A stretch of DNA of 37,219 nt, taken from positions 1 through 37,219 of IMG/VR virus record IMGVR_UViG_3300047463_000227; one strand, written 5' to 3'. Of this stretch, positions 24,315 through 33,746 are shown in pieces; positions within the stretch are counted from its first letter, which is position 1; each line of letters opens with the position of its first letter. The DNA comes from a virus (taxonomy: Duplodnaviria; Caudoviricetes). The notes beneath the pieces are model-generated. The model saw nothing but the letters and a program-made list of their open reading frames with translations, was not told the DNA's origin and searched no databases. The translations under genes and the position numbers were made by a program.

Positions 24315-24509
24315 TTACGCGGCCTTCTTCGGGCAGCGGTTGACGTGCAGGTGCAGACCGCGCGGGTAGACTTTTCCGCAATGAGGGCAGGCGTGTTTGT
24401 CGCGTGGCTCGAGTTCAAGCACCGCAACCGGGCCTCTCGGGGGCTCAGAAACAGAAAGAGCGACCACCGGGGCCGCCCTCTGTGCCTCGTATATCTGGCG
24501 TCGTCTCAT
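24315..24509 (-). CDS. small C2HC zinc-finger protein
   Basis: CPHCGK...LHLHVNRC. Confidence 0.65.
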   Translation of the reverse strand: MRRRQIYEAQRAAPVVALSVSEPPRGPVAVLELEPRDKHACPHCGKVYPRGLHLHVNRCPKKAA

Positions 24510-25267
24510 TGCCCGTTCCTCAGATCAGCCGCCCGGATGCGGGACATTCTTGCCCGCTCGGCAATCCATTCCTGTGCAAACGCCACGTCGCGGTAATTCT
24601 CGAACCACGGCCCGCCGACCGAGTAATGAACGGCCTTCGGCGGCAGAATCCGGGGCGACACGCCCTCTATCCAGTTCCACTCGGCCGGCAGTTCCCCGAC
24701 CGCTTCATCGGGTAGCCAGCCGAAGGCGTGCAGCCACGAACCGGGCTTGTGATTCACCGCGTCAACGTCCAGATCCCTGTTCAGGGGATGGTCGAGGTTG
24801 AACAGCATCAGGCTCGACCAGTTTTTGCGGTAATAGCGGGTCTGCTCGACCCCATCCATTTTCAGCGTTTCATCCGGGATGTGCTCATGCTGCACGCACA
24901 TCAGCGCATATTCGGGGTCGGCCAGATCGAACAGATGCGCCAGGTTGGCGCGGAACAGGAAATCGCAGTCAACGAACAGCGCCCAGCCCGAGATACCGAG
25001 CTTCCTTGCGTACTCAGGCACAAGAAACCGCGAGTGAGAGAACTGCGTCGAGAACGGCCGCCCGTCCCTCTCATCCACGTACTGACCCGATTCAGAAATC
25101 CGCCAGGGCCGATCAAACAGCCCCATATCCCTCAGCGGCTTGTGCTTCAGCGGGTGGATGGAGACCGCCTCCGACGACCTCACCACCATCGAATAGCGGC
25201 ATACCCGATAAGCCTCGTCCTCCCGGTCGTCGTAACCGATGAAAACGTGCAGCGTTTTGTCCGTCAC
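24506..25267 (-). CDS. GT-A glycosyltransferase (GT8/CDI-like)
   Basis: VFIGYD.RE..AY.VC, STQFS.SRFLVP, ALFVDCD (DxD), KMDG..Q..Y.RKNWSS.MLFN and HY..GGPWF motifs. Confidence 0.9.
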   Translation of the reverse strand: MTDKTLHVFIGYDDREDEAYRVCRYSMVVRSSEAVSIHPLKHKPLRDMGLFDRPWRISESGQYVDERDGRPFSTQFSHSRFLVPEYARKLGISGWALFVDCDFLFRANLAHLFDLADPEYALMCVQHEHIPDETLKMDGVEQTRYYRKNWSSLMLFNLDHPLNRDLDVDAVNHKPGSWLHAFGWLPDEAVGELPAEWNWIEGVSPRILPPKAVHYSVGGPWFENYRDVAFAQEWIAERARMSRIRAADLRNGQ

Positions 25268-26199
25268 GCGGTCAATCTCTCCAGTTCAGGCTTCAGGTTG
25301 TCGAACGTGTCGGGCGTCCACAGGATACGCTGATGCGGCTGAAACCACGGCGGATCGCGCCCGATTTCAAACCCCAGCCTTTCGAGCCATTCCCGCTTGG
25401 TCGTCTTGTGTTCGTCGCAAATCATGTTGCAGAGCAGGAACGGCACCCTCGGATTGAGGGAAGCCAGAACCGCAAACCCGCCGCAGACCATCAGATTCAG
25501 ATCGGCCGTTTCGTACAGCGCCGCCCGCTTGATGATATCGACGCTTGCCCCTTGGGACAGTTCCCCATCCCAGGGGCCGTGATTGCCGCTCAGCAGCGCC
25601 TCGGTGTCGGGGACCGTTACAACCCGGTATCCCTTGCCCTCGAGGTACTGCCTGACCTTCTGCCACTCAGCGAAATTGCTGTTCCGCGCCGGCTGCATAT
25701 CGGACTGGCGCAGCGTGATGACCGCGAGCTTCTGCCCCGCTTTTTTCTTCCGGGCCGACCAATCAAGGGCGATCCGTGGCACGCGGATATTCTGGACATC
25801 TATGCCGGCATTCGAGAGCCGGAACAGGATGTCCATGTGATAGTTTGTTGCCCTGCTCTCCAGCGACCAGTTGAGCGGGAAAATCTCCGTATTCCCCAGC
25901 TTGCCCGCTATGGCCGCCGCATCATCCCTGGACTTGAGCCTCGCCGCTTTGACAAAGCCCGGGAACAGGGCTGCAAGGCTGATCGTGATCGCCTCGAGCC
26001 GCAGCCGCTTGCGCTCTATCGGAAGCTTCTTGTCCTTGGGCGATATCCACCTGAAGCCGTCCGGCGTGTTGGCCGGCACGATATAGAGCGCGATTTCCCT
26101 GTGCCCCTCCCGCACCGCGTATGCCTGCGCCGCCGTCAGCAAAACCGCCGCGTCAAAGGTCAGCGGGCAATGCTCCAGATCGTAGAAGACCGAAAGCAC
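25264..26199 (-). CDS. putative GT-B fold glycosyltransferase
   Basis: VITLRQ....ARNSN..EW, VVTVPDT and RAALYE.ADLNL...GG motifs. Sits between two GTs. Confidence 0.6.
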   Translation of the reverse strand: MLSVFYDLEHCPLTFDAAVLLTAAQAYAVREGHREIALYIVPANTPDGFRWISPKDKKLPIERKRLRLEAITISLAALFPGFVKAARLKSRDDAAAIAGKLGNTEIFPLNWSLESRATNYHMDILFRLSNAGIDVQNIRVPRIALDWSARKKKAGQKLAVITLRQSDMQPARNSNFAEWQKVRQYLEGKGYRVVTVPDTEALLSGNHGPWDGELSQGASVDIIKRAALYETADLNLMVCGGFAVLASLNPRVPFLLCNMICDEHKTTKREWLERLGFEIGRDPPWFQPHQRILWTPDTFDNLKPELERLTA

Positions 26200-27608
26200 T
26201 ATTCCGCAGCCTCCGCAATCTTCGGCAGCAGAGACGCCTTAACGCTATCGAATGCCGGTTTCCAGTCCTCGCCCTTCTGATGGTGAAGGGTGACGGAGCC
26301 GTACCACGGCATCCGGTTGCCTTCCCCGCCGCAGTACCTCCACGCCTTCTGTGTCGGCGTCAGGCAATGGGTCGGAACGCCAAGCGCCCCGGCCATGTGA
26401 ACCGCCGTCTGGCAGATGGTGACGACCGAATCACAGGCCTTCACGAACGCGGCGAACTCATCGAGATCGGCGTTGGGCATATCCCAATGCGTGAGGCCAA
26501 TTTCCTTGGCGTGCCGCGCCGCGTCCTTGCCATACTGCAGCGATACCTTGGTCCCCGGCAGGGCGTTGACCAGTTCAGCGAACATCGCACGCGGCGGGTT
26601 TCGCAACCGCTCATGGGTCTTGGCCGATCCGCCCTTCCACGCGATCCCGATATACGGTCCCGGCCCGAGGGCTTCCATGCGCGCCCGATACCCCGCGACC
26701 TTCACCGGATCGGCCTTCAGATAAGGCGTGCCCGGGCAGTCTGCCGGTTTCTTCCTGTAGCGCATGGGCAGGCTGGCCAGCCGCTCCCACGCGTCGATCT
26801 TGTGACCCGCCGTCATCAACTCCTGCTCGGTCCCGTAACACGGGATGCCGAACGACCGGCGGAACAACTCGAGCATCCGGGGCGAGAACTCCGCCACCAC
26901 CGCATCAACGTCCTTCAGAACGTCAGGGACGCATGAGGCGAACAGGATCTCGTCGCCAAGCCCCTGCTCTGGGACGATGGCGAGGCATTTCACCCGCTGG
27001 CCCTTCCAGCGCGGGATATCTCCGAAGTCCCGAACGTGATAACCGGGGATCTTGTGCCGGTTGTCGTAGTGCTTCCAGCCCTCTACCCAATTACCCAATT
27101 CCAGGTGGCACAGTGCCACGGTGTTGATCGCGTGGACGAACCCGGGCTCCAGTTCCAGAGCCTTCAGGCCCAGATCAAGGCCCTTCTGCGGGTTGCCTGC
27201 GTTGATGTACGTCCCCGCCAAACCGGAATAGGCCCGGCCCAGCAGCGTCGTGAATATCTGTTTCTTCTCGCCCGCCGCCGTCTTCAGTTCGTCGGTCAGA
27301 AGCCTGATGGCTTCCTCAAAGGCAAACCGCGCCGAGTCCGTCTGCTGGACCATGCGGAGCGTGGTGCCTAGCTGAATCCATATCTCCCCCGCCTTGGGTG
27401 CTACCTGCACCGCTCGGGACAGCAGGGCTATGGCAACCCCCGGCAGATCGATCTGGGCAAAGCGTGTGCCCAGCCCGTAAAGCGCGTCCGGCCGGTCGGG
27501 GTAGTCCGCCGCCATCTTGTCCCACATATCCTCGGCCATCTTCATGGCCTCGGGATCGCCGGAACTGAATAGCTGTTCCGCCCGCTCGACGAGTTGTCGG
27601 TAACTCAA
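26199..27608 (-). CDS. TPR plus GT-B glycosyltransferase (FlmG/FlbA-like, GT9-related)
   Basis: N-terminal TPRs, then EGW..Y..R, W.G, EQGLGDEILFAS, IGIAWKGG, SLQYG, D.V.T...VHMAGALG.P and WRY...PWY.SV motifs. Confidence 0.85.
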   Translation of the reverse strand: MSYRQLVERAEQLFSSGDPEAMKMAEDMWDKMAADYPDRPDALYGLGTRFAQIDLPGVAIALLSRAVQVAPKAGEIWIQLGTTLRMVQQTDSARFAFEEAIRLLTDELKTAAGEKKQIFTTLLGRAYSGLAGTYINAGNPQKGLDLGLKALELEPGFVHAINTVALCHLELGNWVEGWKHYDNRHKIPGYHVRDFGDIPRWKGQRVKCLAIVPEQGLGDEILFASCVPDVLKDVDAVVAEFSPRMLELFRRSFGIPCYGTEQELMTAGHKIDAWERLASLPMRYRKKPADCPGTPYLKADPVKVAGYRARMEALGPGPYIGIAWKGGSAKTHERLRNPPRAMFAELVNALPGTKVSLQYGKDAARHAKEIGLTHWDMPNADLDEFAAFVKACDSVVTICQTAVHMAGALGVPTHCLTPTQKAWRYCGGEGNRMPWYGSVTLHHQKGEDWKPAFDSVKASLLPKIAEAAE

Positions 27609-27640
27609 AAAAAGAAGGGGGCGAGTTTCCCCGCCCCCTC
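27607..27640 (-). terminator. intrinsic terminator after the capsid/decoration genes
   Basis: GAGGGGGCGGG-GAAA-CTCGCCCCCTT followed by CTTTTTTT. Confidence 0.85.
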
Positions 27641-27654
27641 TCCTGGCTGATTGA

Positions 27655-28089
27655 TCAGCTCTGACCGTTGGCCACGTACTGAATCATGTAGTCAATCGAG
27701 AACGATTCCGTCCACGATCCACTCGATGCAGTCATGTAGACATCGGCCCCGGCGTTCACGTCCGTATCCGAGATGGACACGACCGAGCCGACGCCGGTCT
27801 TGGGGTTGAAGAGAACCGTCGCGGTCGCGGACAACGTGCCCGTGCCGAACGTGGTCTCCGTTCCGCCGCCCTTCATGCCCAGCTTGTAGACCAGGCCCGC
27901 AGCGGCGGAGGTGGTGCCCTTAACCCAGATATCGGTGACGCGGACCTTGTTCGGCAGCTTCGCGAGAAGCAGGATGTCCGAAATGGTGCGCGAGATCGAG
28001 TTCAGCGAGCCAAAGATCACGTTGACGCCAGTGTGAACCAGCCGGGGAGGCTGGAGCCACTGAGAGGCTGTGATGGTTGCGATTGCCAT
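27655..28089 (-). CDS. capsid decoration/cement protein
   Basis: Immediately after the MCP, GAGGAGG SD, beta-rich, KLP...VTD motif, 34/144 residues Ser or Thr. Confidence 0.7.
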   Translation of the reverse strand: MAIATITASQWLQPPRLVHTGVNVIFGSLNSISRTISDILLLAKLPNKVRVTDIWVKGTTSAAAGLVYKLGMKGGGTETTFGTGTLSATATVLFNPKTGVGSVVSISDTDVNAGADVYMTASSGSWTESFSIDYMIQYVANGQS

Positions 28090-28103
28090 GTGTCAGCCTC
28101 CTC

Positions 28104-29171
28104 TTACGGCGCTACGGCGCGAGTGGACAGAACGATGGTCCCGAAGTCGATGCTGTTAAACACCGATTTCTTGAGACCCGCGATCATGCCGCCCGAGACG
28201 CCGAGCTGGTTGCCGTAGTCGAACAGTTCCTCGTACCAGTTGGGAGTGTCCGACTCCTTGGTGTTCTGGCCGAACGCCATCAGGGCCGCCTGTGCGCCGC
28301 ACAGGATTGCCCGGCGGGTGTTCGCCGTCACCGAGGGAACGCGCGTGGATTCGTGGAGAATCACGCCGTTATAGACGCCCAACGCACCCGAGAAGATCGG
28401 ATTCGTCGATTCGCCCGTCTGCCCGCCCATCACGCGGGCCTTCTGCGCGTCGTACCAGGTGATGCGGTTCGCCGTCGCATCGGTGCGGAGCGAATGCACC
28501 TGATACGGATGGAGGAACATCACATAGTAGTCATCGCCGCCCGACTTGATCGGCCGGATGAGCGGGGTGCTCACCTTGGCCGTCGTCACCGCACGGTCGA
28601 TGAACTCGAGACGCATGTTGTCGCTGACCGTCAGCGAGGCTTCCGAAGCCTCGTCGCCGTCACCGAACAGATGCCGGGTGTTGCCCGACGTTGTGCTCGG
28701 CGCGATGGTCGCCTGCAGGCCGGTATAGCGAACGTCGCTAACCCCGGTATTGCCGGCGATCTGGTTGAAGAACCAGGTATCGATGCGGTCGGCCCACCAG
28801 TCGGACAGGCCATCCATCGCTTCCTCGCGCACCGAGAACGGAACGCGCTGCTCCGACATCTTGCCGCCAGAGCGGACAGCATGACGGAGCTGGTCGATGA
28901 AGATGTTGTCCGAGTAGGTGGTCAGGGCCTCTTCGTTGCCCTCCAGGGTCGCATCGCCCTGAATGCCATCGCCCGAGAGCTGCATACGCAGCCCGCAGGT
29001 AACGCGGTCGCCAGCGGATTTGCTGGTCTCGTCCTTGATGTAGACGAGGCTGGAAGTCGTCTTGCCCATGAACTTGGAAACGTAGGTACGCTTCAAAGCC
29101 TCACGGATAAGTTTGCGGCTCCACAGCTTCACCGCCAAGGGGTGATTCACCCCATAGTCAGTTGTTGCCAT
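28104..29171 (-). CDS. major capsid protein, N4-gp56/DUF4043 family
   Basis: VKLWS, GD.VT.GL.MQL.G.G..GD..LEGNEE.L, IDQLRHAV, G.MSEQR, YVMFLHPYQ..SLR and E..DYGN motifs. Confidence 0.95.
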   Translation of the reverse strand: MATTDYGVNHPLAVKLWSRKLIREALKRTYVSKFMGKTTSSLVYIKDETSKSAGDRVTCGLRMQLSGDGIQGDATLEGNEEALTTYSDNIFIDQLRHAVRSGGKMSEQRVPFSVREEAMDGLSDWWADRIDTWFFNQIAGNTGVSDVRYTGLQATIAPSTTSGNTRHLFGDGDEASEASLTVSDNMRLEFIDRAVTTAKVSTPLIRPIKSGGDDYYVMFLHPYQVHSLRTDATANRITWYDAQKARVMGGQTGESTNPIFSGALGVYNGVILHESTRVPSVTANTRRAILCGAQAALMAFGQNTKESDTPNWYEELFDYGNQLGVSGGMIAGLKKSVFNSIDFGTIVLSTRAVAP

Positions 29172-29210
29172 TGGATTGCCTCAGTGGATTGAGAAAGGAA
29201 AGGGCTTGAT

Positions 29211-29306
29211 GTCTCCGTGACGCTGGAGACGGCGCTTTCCGCCACTGACGCGGGCGAAGGACGAAGCCTGATGACGTTCAGGCGAAACGAACGCGCATAA
29301 AGCGCG
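29211..29306 (-). promoter_or_regulatory. capsid-gene leader with three RCGUCA-loop hairpins
   Basis: Minus strand: GCCTGA-ACGTCA-TCAGGC, TTCGCC-CGCGTCAGT-GGCGGAA and GTCTCC-AGCGTCAC-GGAGAC, plus CGCGC-TTTAT-GCGCG. Confidence 0.6.
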
Positions 29307-29330
29307 GGTAGGCGTGTCAGGTGATCGCGG

Positions 29331-30188
29331 CTATTTCTTCCCGCGCATCACCTTCTCAAAGTGCTTGTCGAACTCGTCGTCGCTCATATCGAGCAACGCT
29401 TCCGGCGATAGCGCGGCAGGAGACTGCCCGCCCTTGCCGGATAGCGATTTGGCGGCCTCGGCACCCTTCTGCAGCGTCTCGATCTGCTCGGACGCCTTGG
29501 GCTTGGCCTTGTAGCCCCGGAACTTGGCAAGCTCATAGGCCCGCTTTGCCGGGTTCTCGCCGTTCTGCATGGCGTTCCAGGCGATACCCATCGCCTCGCG
29601 GTTCATGATCTGCTGGCGCTCGGCCAGGTCGTGGACCCCATACATCTGAAGCTCCTGATCCCGCTGGGATCTCAGGTGCTCCATCGCCTCGAAATAGTCC
29701 GGCGTGGTCTTGGTGAAGTCCCGCTCGCTCGCCACGACCGTCAGGCGGAACCGCTCCTCGGTCTGGCGCTGCTGGTCGGCCTGCTCCTGCCTTGCCGCCT
29801 TCTCGCGAAGGGCCGCAACTTCCTGCGAGGTGTAGTTCAGATGCCCCACAGGGTCGGCGTTCACGTCAGGGATGGCAGCCTTGGCCTTCTCGGCCTCGAT
29901 CTGCTCCTTGAACCGGCGGAACTCGGCAAGCTCCGATTCCAACTGCTGCCGCTTGCGCCGTTCTTCGTGCAGGGCAGCGTGCGGGACAAAGCCCGGCTTG
30001 GGCCGTTCGGTGTCCTGCGGCTGCACAACAGGCTTTTCGGCCTGCTGTTCCCTCATCCCACCCTCCGGCGCTGAATCACCCTGCTTTTCAGCGGGTGTGG
30101 CCGGCTCCTGCCCGGGGGATTTTTCCCCACCGGATTCAAAGAACGCGCTTTCTTCCGGCGTCTCCGCCGCTAGTGCATCACTCATCAT
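29331..30188 (-). CDS. capsid scaffolding protein
   Basis: Acidic N-terminus, VPHAALHEER..R coiled coil, L.DMSDDEF C-terminal helix, between portal and MCP. Confidence 0.85.
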   Translation of the reverse strand: MMSDALAAETPEESAFFESGGEKSPGQEPATPAEKQGDSAPEGGMREQQAEKPVVQPQDTERPKPGFVPHAALHEERRKRQQLESELAEFRRFKEQIEAEKAKAAIPDVNADPVGHLNYTSQEVAALREKAARQEQADQQRQTEERFRLTVVASERDFTKTTPDYFEAMEHLRSQRDQELQMYGVHDLAERQQIMNREAMGIAWNAMQNGENPAKRAYELAKFRGYKAKPKASEQIETLQKGAEAAKSLSGKGGQSPAALSPEALLDMSDDEFDKHFEKVMRGKK

Positions 30189-30231
30189 TCACCTGAAACC
30201 CGGGAACGGCCGGGCACCGCAAGCCGTGTGG

Positions 30232-32340
30232 CTATTTCGTCGCAGCCGAGCGGCTCTTTGCCGCCCGCCTCTTCAACTTGATGTCCTCGGTTGCCTTCGC
30301 GCGGGCTATTTCGGCATTCTGGTCTGCCGCCTCCCGGGCCAGAACAGCGTCGTTATCGGCCCTTGCGCGATTGATCTGCAATTCGGCCGAGAGTTCCGCC
30401 TGTTTAAGCTGTATCTCAGCACTAAGCTTCTGCTGGCTGAGCATGATTTCGCCCTCCAGCTTCTGTTTCCCAAGCAGGGCGTCGGCCGTGGCCTTCTCGC
30501 GCTCAAGCTGCATCTTCTGCTGCATGTTCTGGGCTTCCAGAGCCATGCGGGCCTTCTCAATCTCGAGCTTCTGCGTCTCGGCCACAACCTGCGGATCGGG
30601 CGGCTGCTCGACCGGCGTCGAGATGATGTTCCGCGCCTTCTGCACGAAGCTATCGGGCAACGGCGAATAGGCCAGAATCTCGCTCCACATCTGCGGCGGG
30701 ACCGGCAGCTTGGAAATCATCGGCATCATCTGGCTGATGATCGCCCAGGTCTTTTCCTTCTGGTTCGGGCTGTTCGGCGCGTCGTCAACCACTACGTCAT
30801 ACTTGGCAATGTTGGGCTGACGGACCAGCGGCACATACTGCGGATTACCGTTCTGCCCGGTGATTTTGATCAACCGCCCGTCGCTGATGTACTCCTGAAT
30901 GAAGTGCAGCAGCAGGCGGCCCTGTTCCTTGCGGTAGCGTCTCAGGCTGTCAAACAGCGTGGCGAGGATGGTCAGCCCGGCCTGCTTGCGCTGATACTCA
31001 AGCACGCCCGCCTGCTCGCGGTCAGCCATGCCCAACAGCTCGAGATTGACACCCGAGACATCCCGGATGCTCTCGACCGCGAAGGCCATCATGCGATCAA
31101 TACCCTGCGGATAGGGTGCCGGCGGCTTGGGCTGGATGCTGCCCTTGGCAAGAGCCCCAGGGTTCAGCCACGCAATCCCGTCAGGCTCGGCCCAGCGCTC
31201 CTCGAACTTGCGGACGTTGGCAACCGCCCCCGTCTCTACCATCACGCCGCCTTTCGCGTTCGTGTTGATGATGTGGAGGATCTGGCTGAAGAACTTGTTT
31301 GCCCAACGCTGCGGGTCCTTCATGCCACGGACAAGGCCGTACCAGGTGCCGGCGTTGCGGTCGCGCTTGCCGGTGATAGCCTTGTACGTGAATGAATACT
31401 TGCACGGACTTGGGCCGCTCTCGAGCAGCGTGTCGCCGCAGATGAACGCCCGCATATAGACCTTGCGGCGCTGGCGGACGGCCTTGATCGGCATTCCGAG
31501 CTTCTCGGCCCGCTCGCTTATCGTCGCAAACTCCTCCTGCGTGTACTCCTGCAGGCTGTTGCTCGTCGGGTCCATGACCACAAGGACGGTCTGGCGCTCA
31601 ATCCACTGGTACTCGAAGACCCGGTAATATTTGCCCTGGTCAGCGCCCCCGCCCTTCGATTCCTCGGTATAGGTGGTCTTGGGGTCAACGACCTGCGGAT
31701 CGCCGGGTTCGTCCTCGCTGAACTCGTCGCCCGCAATCGCGCTGCACTGGTCAACCTTGTCCGGCCACTGGTTCTCGAACTCGTCGGCCGGCATCTTGAT
31801 CTCGCGGCCAACCCATTTCGCATCCGACAGATTGCGCTTCTTGGCCGTGTGGTCCCAAAACATTTCGAGGGGATCGACGCGGTCAATCCTGACCTCGCCT
31901 TCCACGTCCTCGTCGTAGTCCATGCGGGTTTCGGTCCAGCCCATCCCGCAGATCGACACATCCGTGAAGGCGTCGGATTCTTCGTCCTCCGCGTCGCAGT
32001 TGTCGCGCACGCACTTGGCTGCGTTGGTCAGAATCTCATTGATCGCCGCGTCCCCTTGCTCCCGGGGAATGTACTGGACCTCTTGACGATTGGAGACTTC
32101 AGAGCCCGCAACCGCGTCAATAATCGTGCCAAGGCGGTTGAACGTGATGACCGGGCGCAGGCTGTCGCGCAGAACCTGCTTGTCCTCATCCGACCATTGC
32201 TCGCCGGCTACGAAGTCATAGTCCTCGCGGGCGGCCTTGCGCCATGTGTCCGAGTGGGCCTTGGCCAGCCGGCGGAAGCGTTTGGCTTCCGAGACAATCT
32301 CGGCTTCCTCGTCGGCGGGCGTCTCTAGGCTGTCATCCAT
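30232..32340 (-). CDS. portal protein (P22-like)
   Basis: DYDF..G.QW...RP.ITFN, YGLVR.MKDPQRWAN.FFS, C-terminal coiled-coil barrel. Confidence 0.95.
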   Translation of the reverse strand: MDDSLETPADEEAEIVSEAKRFRRLAKAHSDTWRKAAREDYDFVAGEQWSDEDKQVLRDSLRPVITFNRLGTIIDAVAGSEVSNRQEVQYIPREQGDAAINEILTNAAKCVRDNCDAEDEESDAFTDVSICGMGWTETRMDYDEDVEGEVRIDRVDPLEMFWDHTAKKRNLSDAKWVGREIKMPADEFENQWPDKVDQCSAIAGDEFSEDEPGDPQVVDPKTTYTEESKGGGADQGKYYRVFEYQWIERQTVLVVMDPTSNSLQEYTQEEFATISERAEKLGMPIKAVRQRRKVYMRAFICGDTLLESGPSPCKYSFTYKAITGKRDRNAGTWYGLVRGMKDPQRWANKFFSQILHIINTNAKGGVMVETGAVANVRKFEERWAEPDGIAWLNPGALAKGSIQPKPPAPYPQGIDRMMAFAVESIRDVSGVNLELLGMADREQAGVLEYQRKQAGLTILATLFDSLRRYRKEQGRLLLHFIQEYISDGRLIKITGQNGNPQYVPLVRQPNIAKYDVVVDDAPNSPNQKEKTWAIISQMMPMISKLPVPPQMWSEILAYSPLPDSFVQKARNIISTPVEQPPDPQVVAETQKLEIEKARMALEAQNMQQKMQLEREKATADALLGKQKLEGEIMLSQQKLSAEIQLKQAELSAELQINRARADNDAVLAREAADQNAEIARAKATEDIKLKRRAAKSRSAATK

Positions 32341-33746
32341 GAGCGGCCAGTCCGATGGCGGCGCTTGTAGCGGTCAGATTCATGTGCTTCCCGTCTCTCA
32401 AGCCCGCCGGCAAAGGTCAGAATGAACGCATCGGCCAGGTCAGGAGACCTAAGCCCGCGCTTTTTAAGTTCGTCCTTGGGCTCGACCAGAATCTTGCCCG
32501 ACGATGTGAAGCTGTAGAGCGGCGCTGTCAGTTCGCTGATCAACGCCTCGTCACGAACAATCCGGCACTCGCGGGCGCGGAACCAGTCGCGCACCCGAAA
32601 CCAAAGCTCATCACGCAAGCGCATGAACCGCTCGGACGCCGCCGGGCTCTCCGCGACGTTGACGCCCCTGACCGGAAGCCCCAGCTCGTTGAGCCTGTCA
32701 ACCACACCGGCACCCAAGCCGATCACGTCAACAAGGATCTCGGCGGGCAGCAGATCCTTGGCGGTCTGCTCGACAAATCGGTATTCATCCATCACCAGAC
32801 CGGCCACTTGCATGGTGTCCTTGCCGCGCCACCACTTGACGGGCTCGCTGACCGTGTTGCCCTGACGCTTGGCCAGGGCTGTCCGGTCATCGCCATATCT
32901 TGCAACGTCCACACCCCACACAGGCCGGAATGCTTCATTCGGCTCTATGTTGCGGCCAATCGCGGGAAGAACCGTGTCGAGCGGGATTACCGTCTCGTCT
33001 TCCTGCGTCGGGAACTCGCCTAAGACGCGAATCTTGTAGGCGTTCGAGTCCTTGCCGTACTTGGCAATGATGTCGTCGATGTGGCCCCGTGCTGCGGGAA
33101 CATCCTCGGACGATACGCGAAAGGTCTTCCAGCGATGCCTTAGCGAGTGGTGAGAGTCGTAGAAATAGCCCGATAGCTTGGTCGGGTTGCCGCACATAAG
33201 CTGTTTAGCGCCGGGCGTCGATAGAGCGCCCATCGCAACCTCAACGATGCCATCGGCAATGCCAGAGGCTTCCTCGAGCACAAACAGCAGGTTTTTGGCG
33301 TGAAAGCCCTGTAATGCCTCGGTGTTGTGTTCTGCGGCAGTTCTTGCAACGGCAAAGCATTGCGGTGCCGCTTTTAAGTGTAGGCGTTCGCCTGTTATTT
33401 CGATCTGATCCCTGAGCAGTTCCGGCAGCTTGCCGTGCCATTGGCGAAGCTCGGGCCACACAACGTCTCTGAGCTGGTCCTGACTGTTGGCGGTGATCGG
33501 GATCTTGAACTCCCGCCGCGTCAGCATGAACCAGAGGACGACCCATGCCTCGAGGGTGGTCTTGCCTACACCGTGACCGGCGCGGATGCTAACGCGGTCG
33601 TGCTCACCTATCGCTTTTAGGGCTTCTGCCTGCCAGGGATACGGGCTGGCGTTTAGTACGTCAGTGACGAACAGGAGCGGATTCGTCCCGCTCTCCATCC
33701 ACGCCGCCTGCCACGACGGGGCCGCTTGCGCTAATGCGCTTCTCAT
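32325..33746 (-). CDS. terL: terminase large subunit
   Basis: PWQ, Walker A GHGVGKT, Walker B VLEEASG, GNPT, nuclease GVDVARYGDD and SPDLADA. Confidence 0.95.
   Translation of the reverse strand: MRSALAQAAPSWQAAWMESGTNPLLFVTDVLNASPYPWQAEALKAIGEHDRVSIRAGHGVGKTTLEAWVVLWFMLTRREFKIPITANSQDQLRDVVWPELRQWHGKLPELLRDQIEITGERLHLKAAPQCFAVARTAAEHNTEALQGFHAKNLLFVLEEASGIADGIVEVAMGALSTPGAKQLMCGNPTKLSGYFYDSHHSLRHRWKTFRVSSEDVPAARGHIDDIIAKYGKDSNAYKIRVLGEFPTQEDETVIPLDTVLPAIGRNIEPNEAFRPVWGVDVARYGDDRTALAKRQGNTVSEPVKWWRGKDTMQVAGLVMDEYRFVEQTAKDLLPAEILVDVIGLGAGVVDRLNELGLPVRGVNVAESPAASERFMRLRDELWFRVRDWFRARECRIVRDEALISELTAPLYSFTSSGKILVEPKDELKKRGLRSPDLADAFILTFAGGLERREAHESDRYKRRHRTGRSWMTA

Noticed and set aside
28077-29192. 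371-aa plus-strand ORF
   Set aside because: Antisense shadow of the major capsid gene.
29872-31395. 507-aa plus-strand ORF
   Set aside because: Antisense shadow of the portal and scaffold genes.
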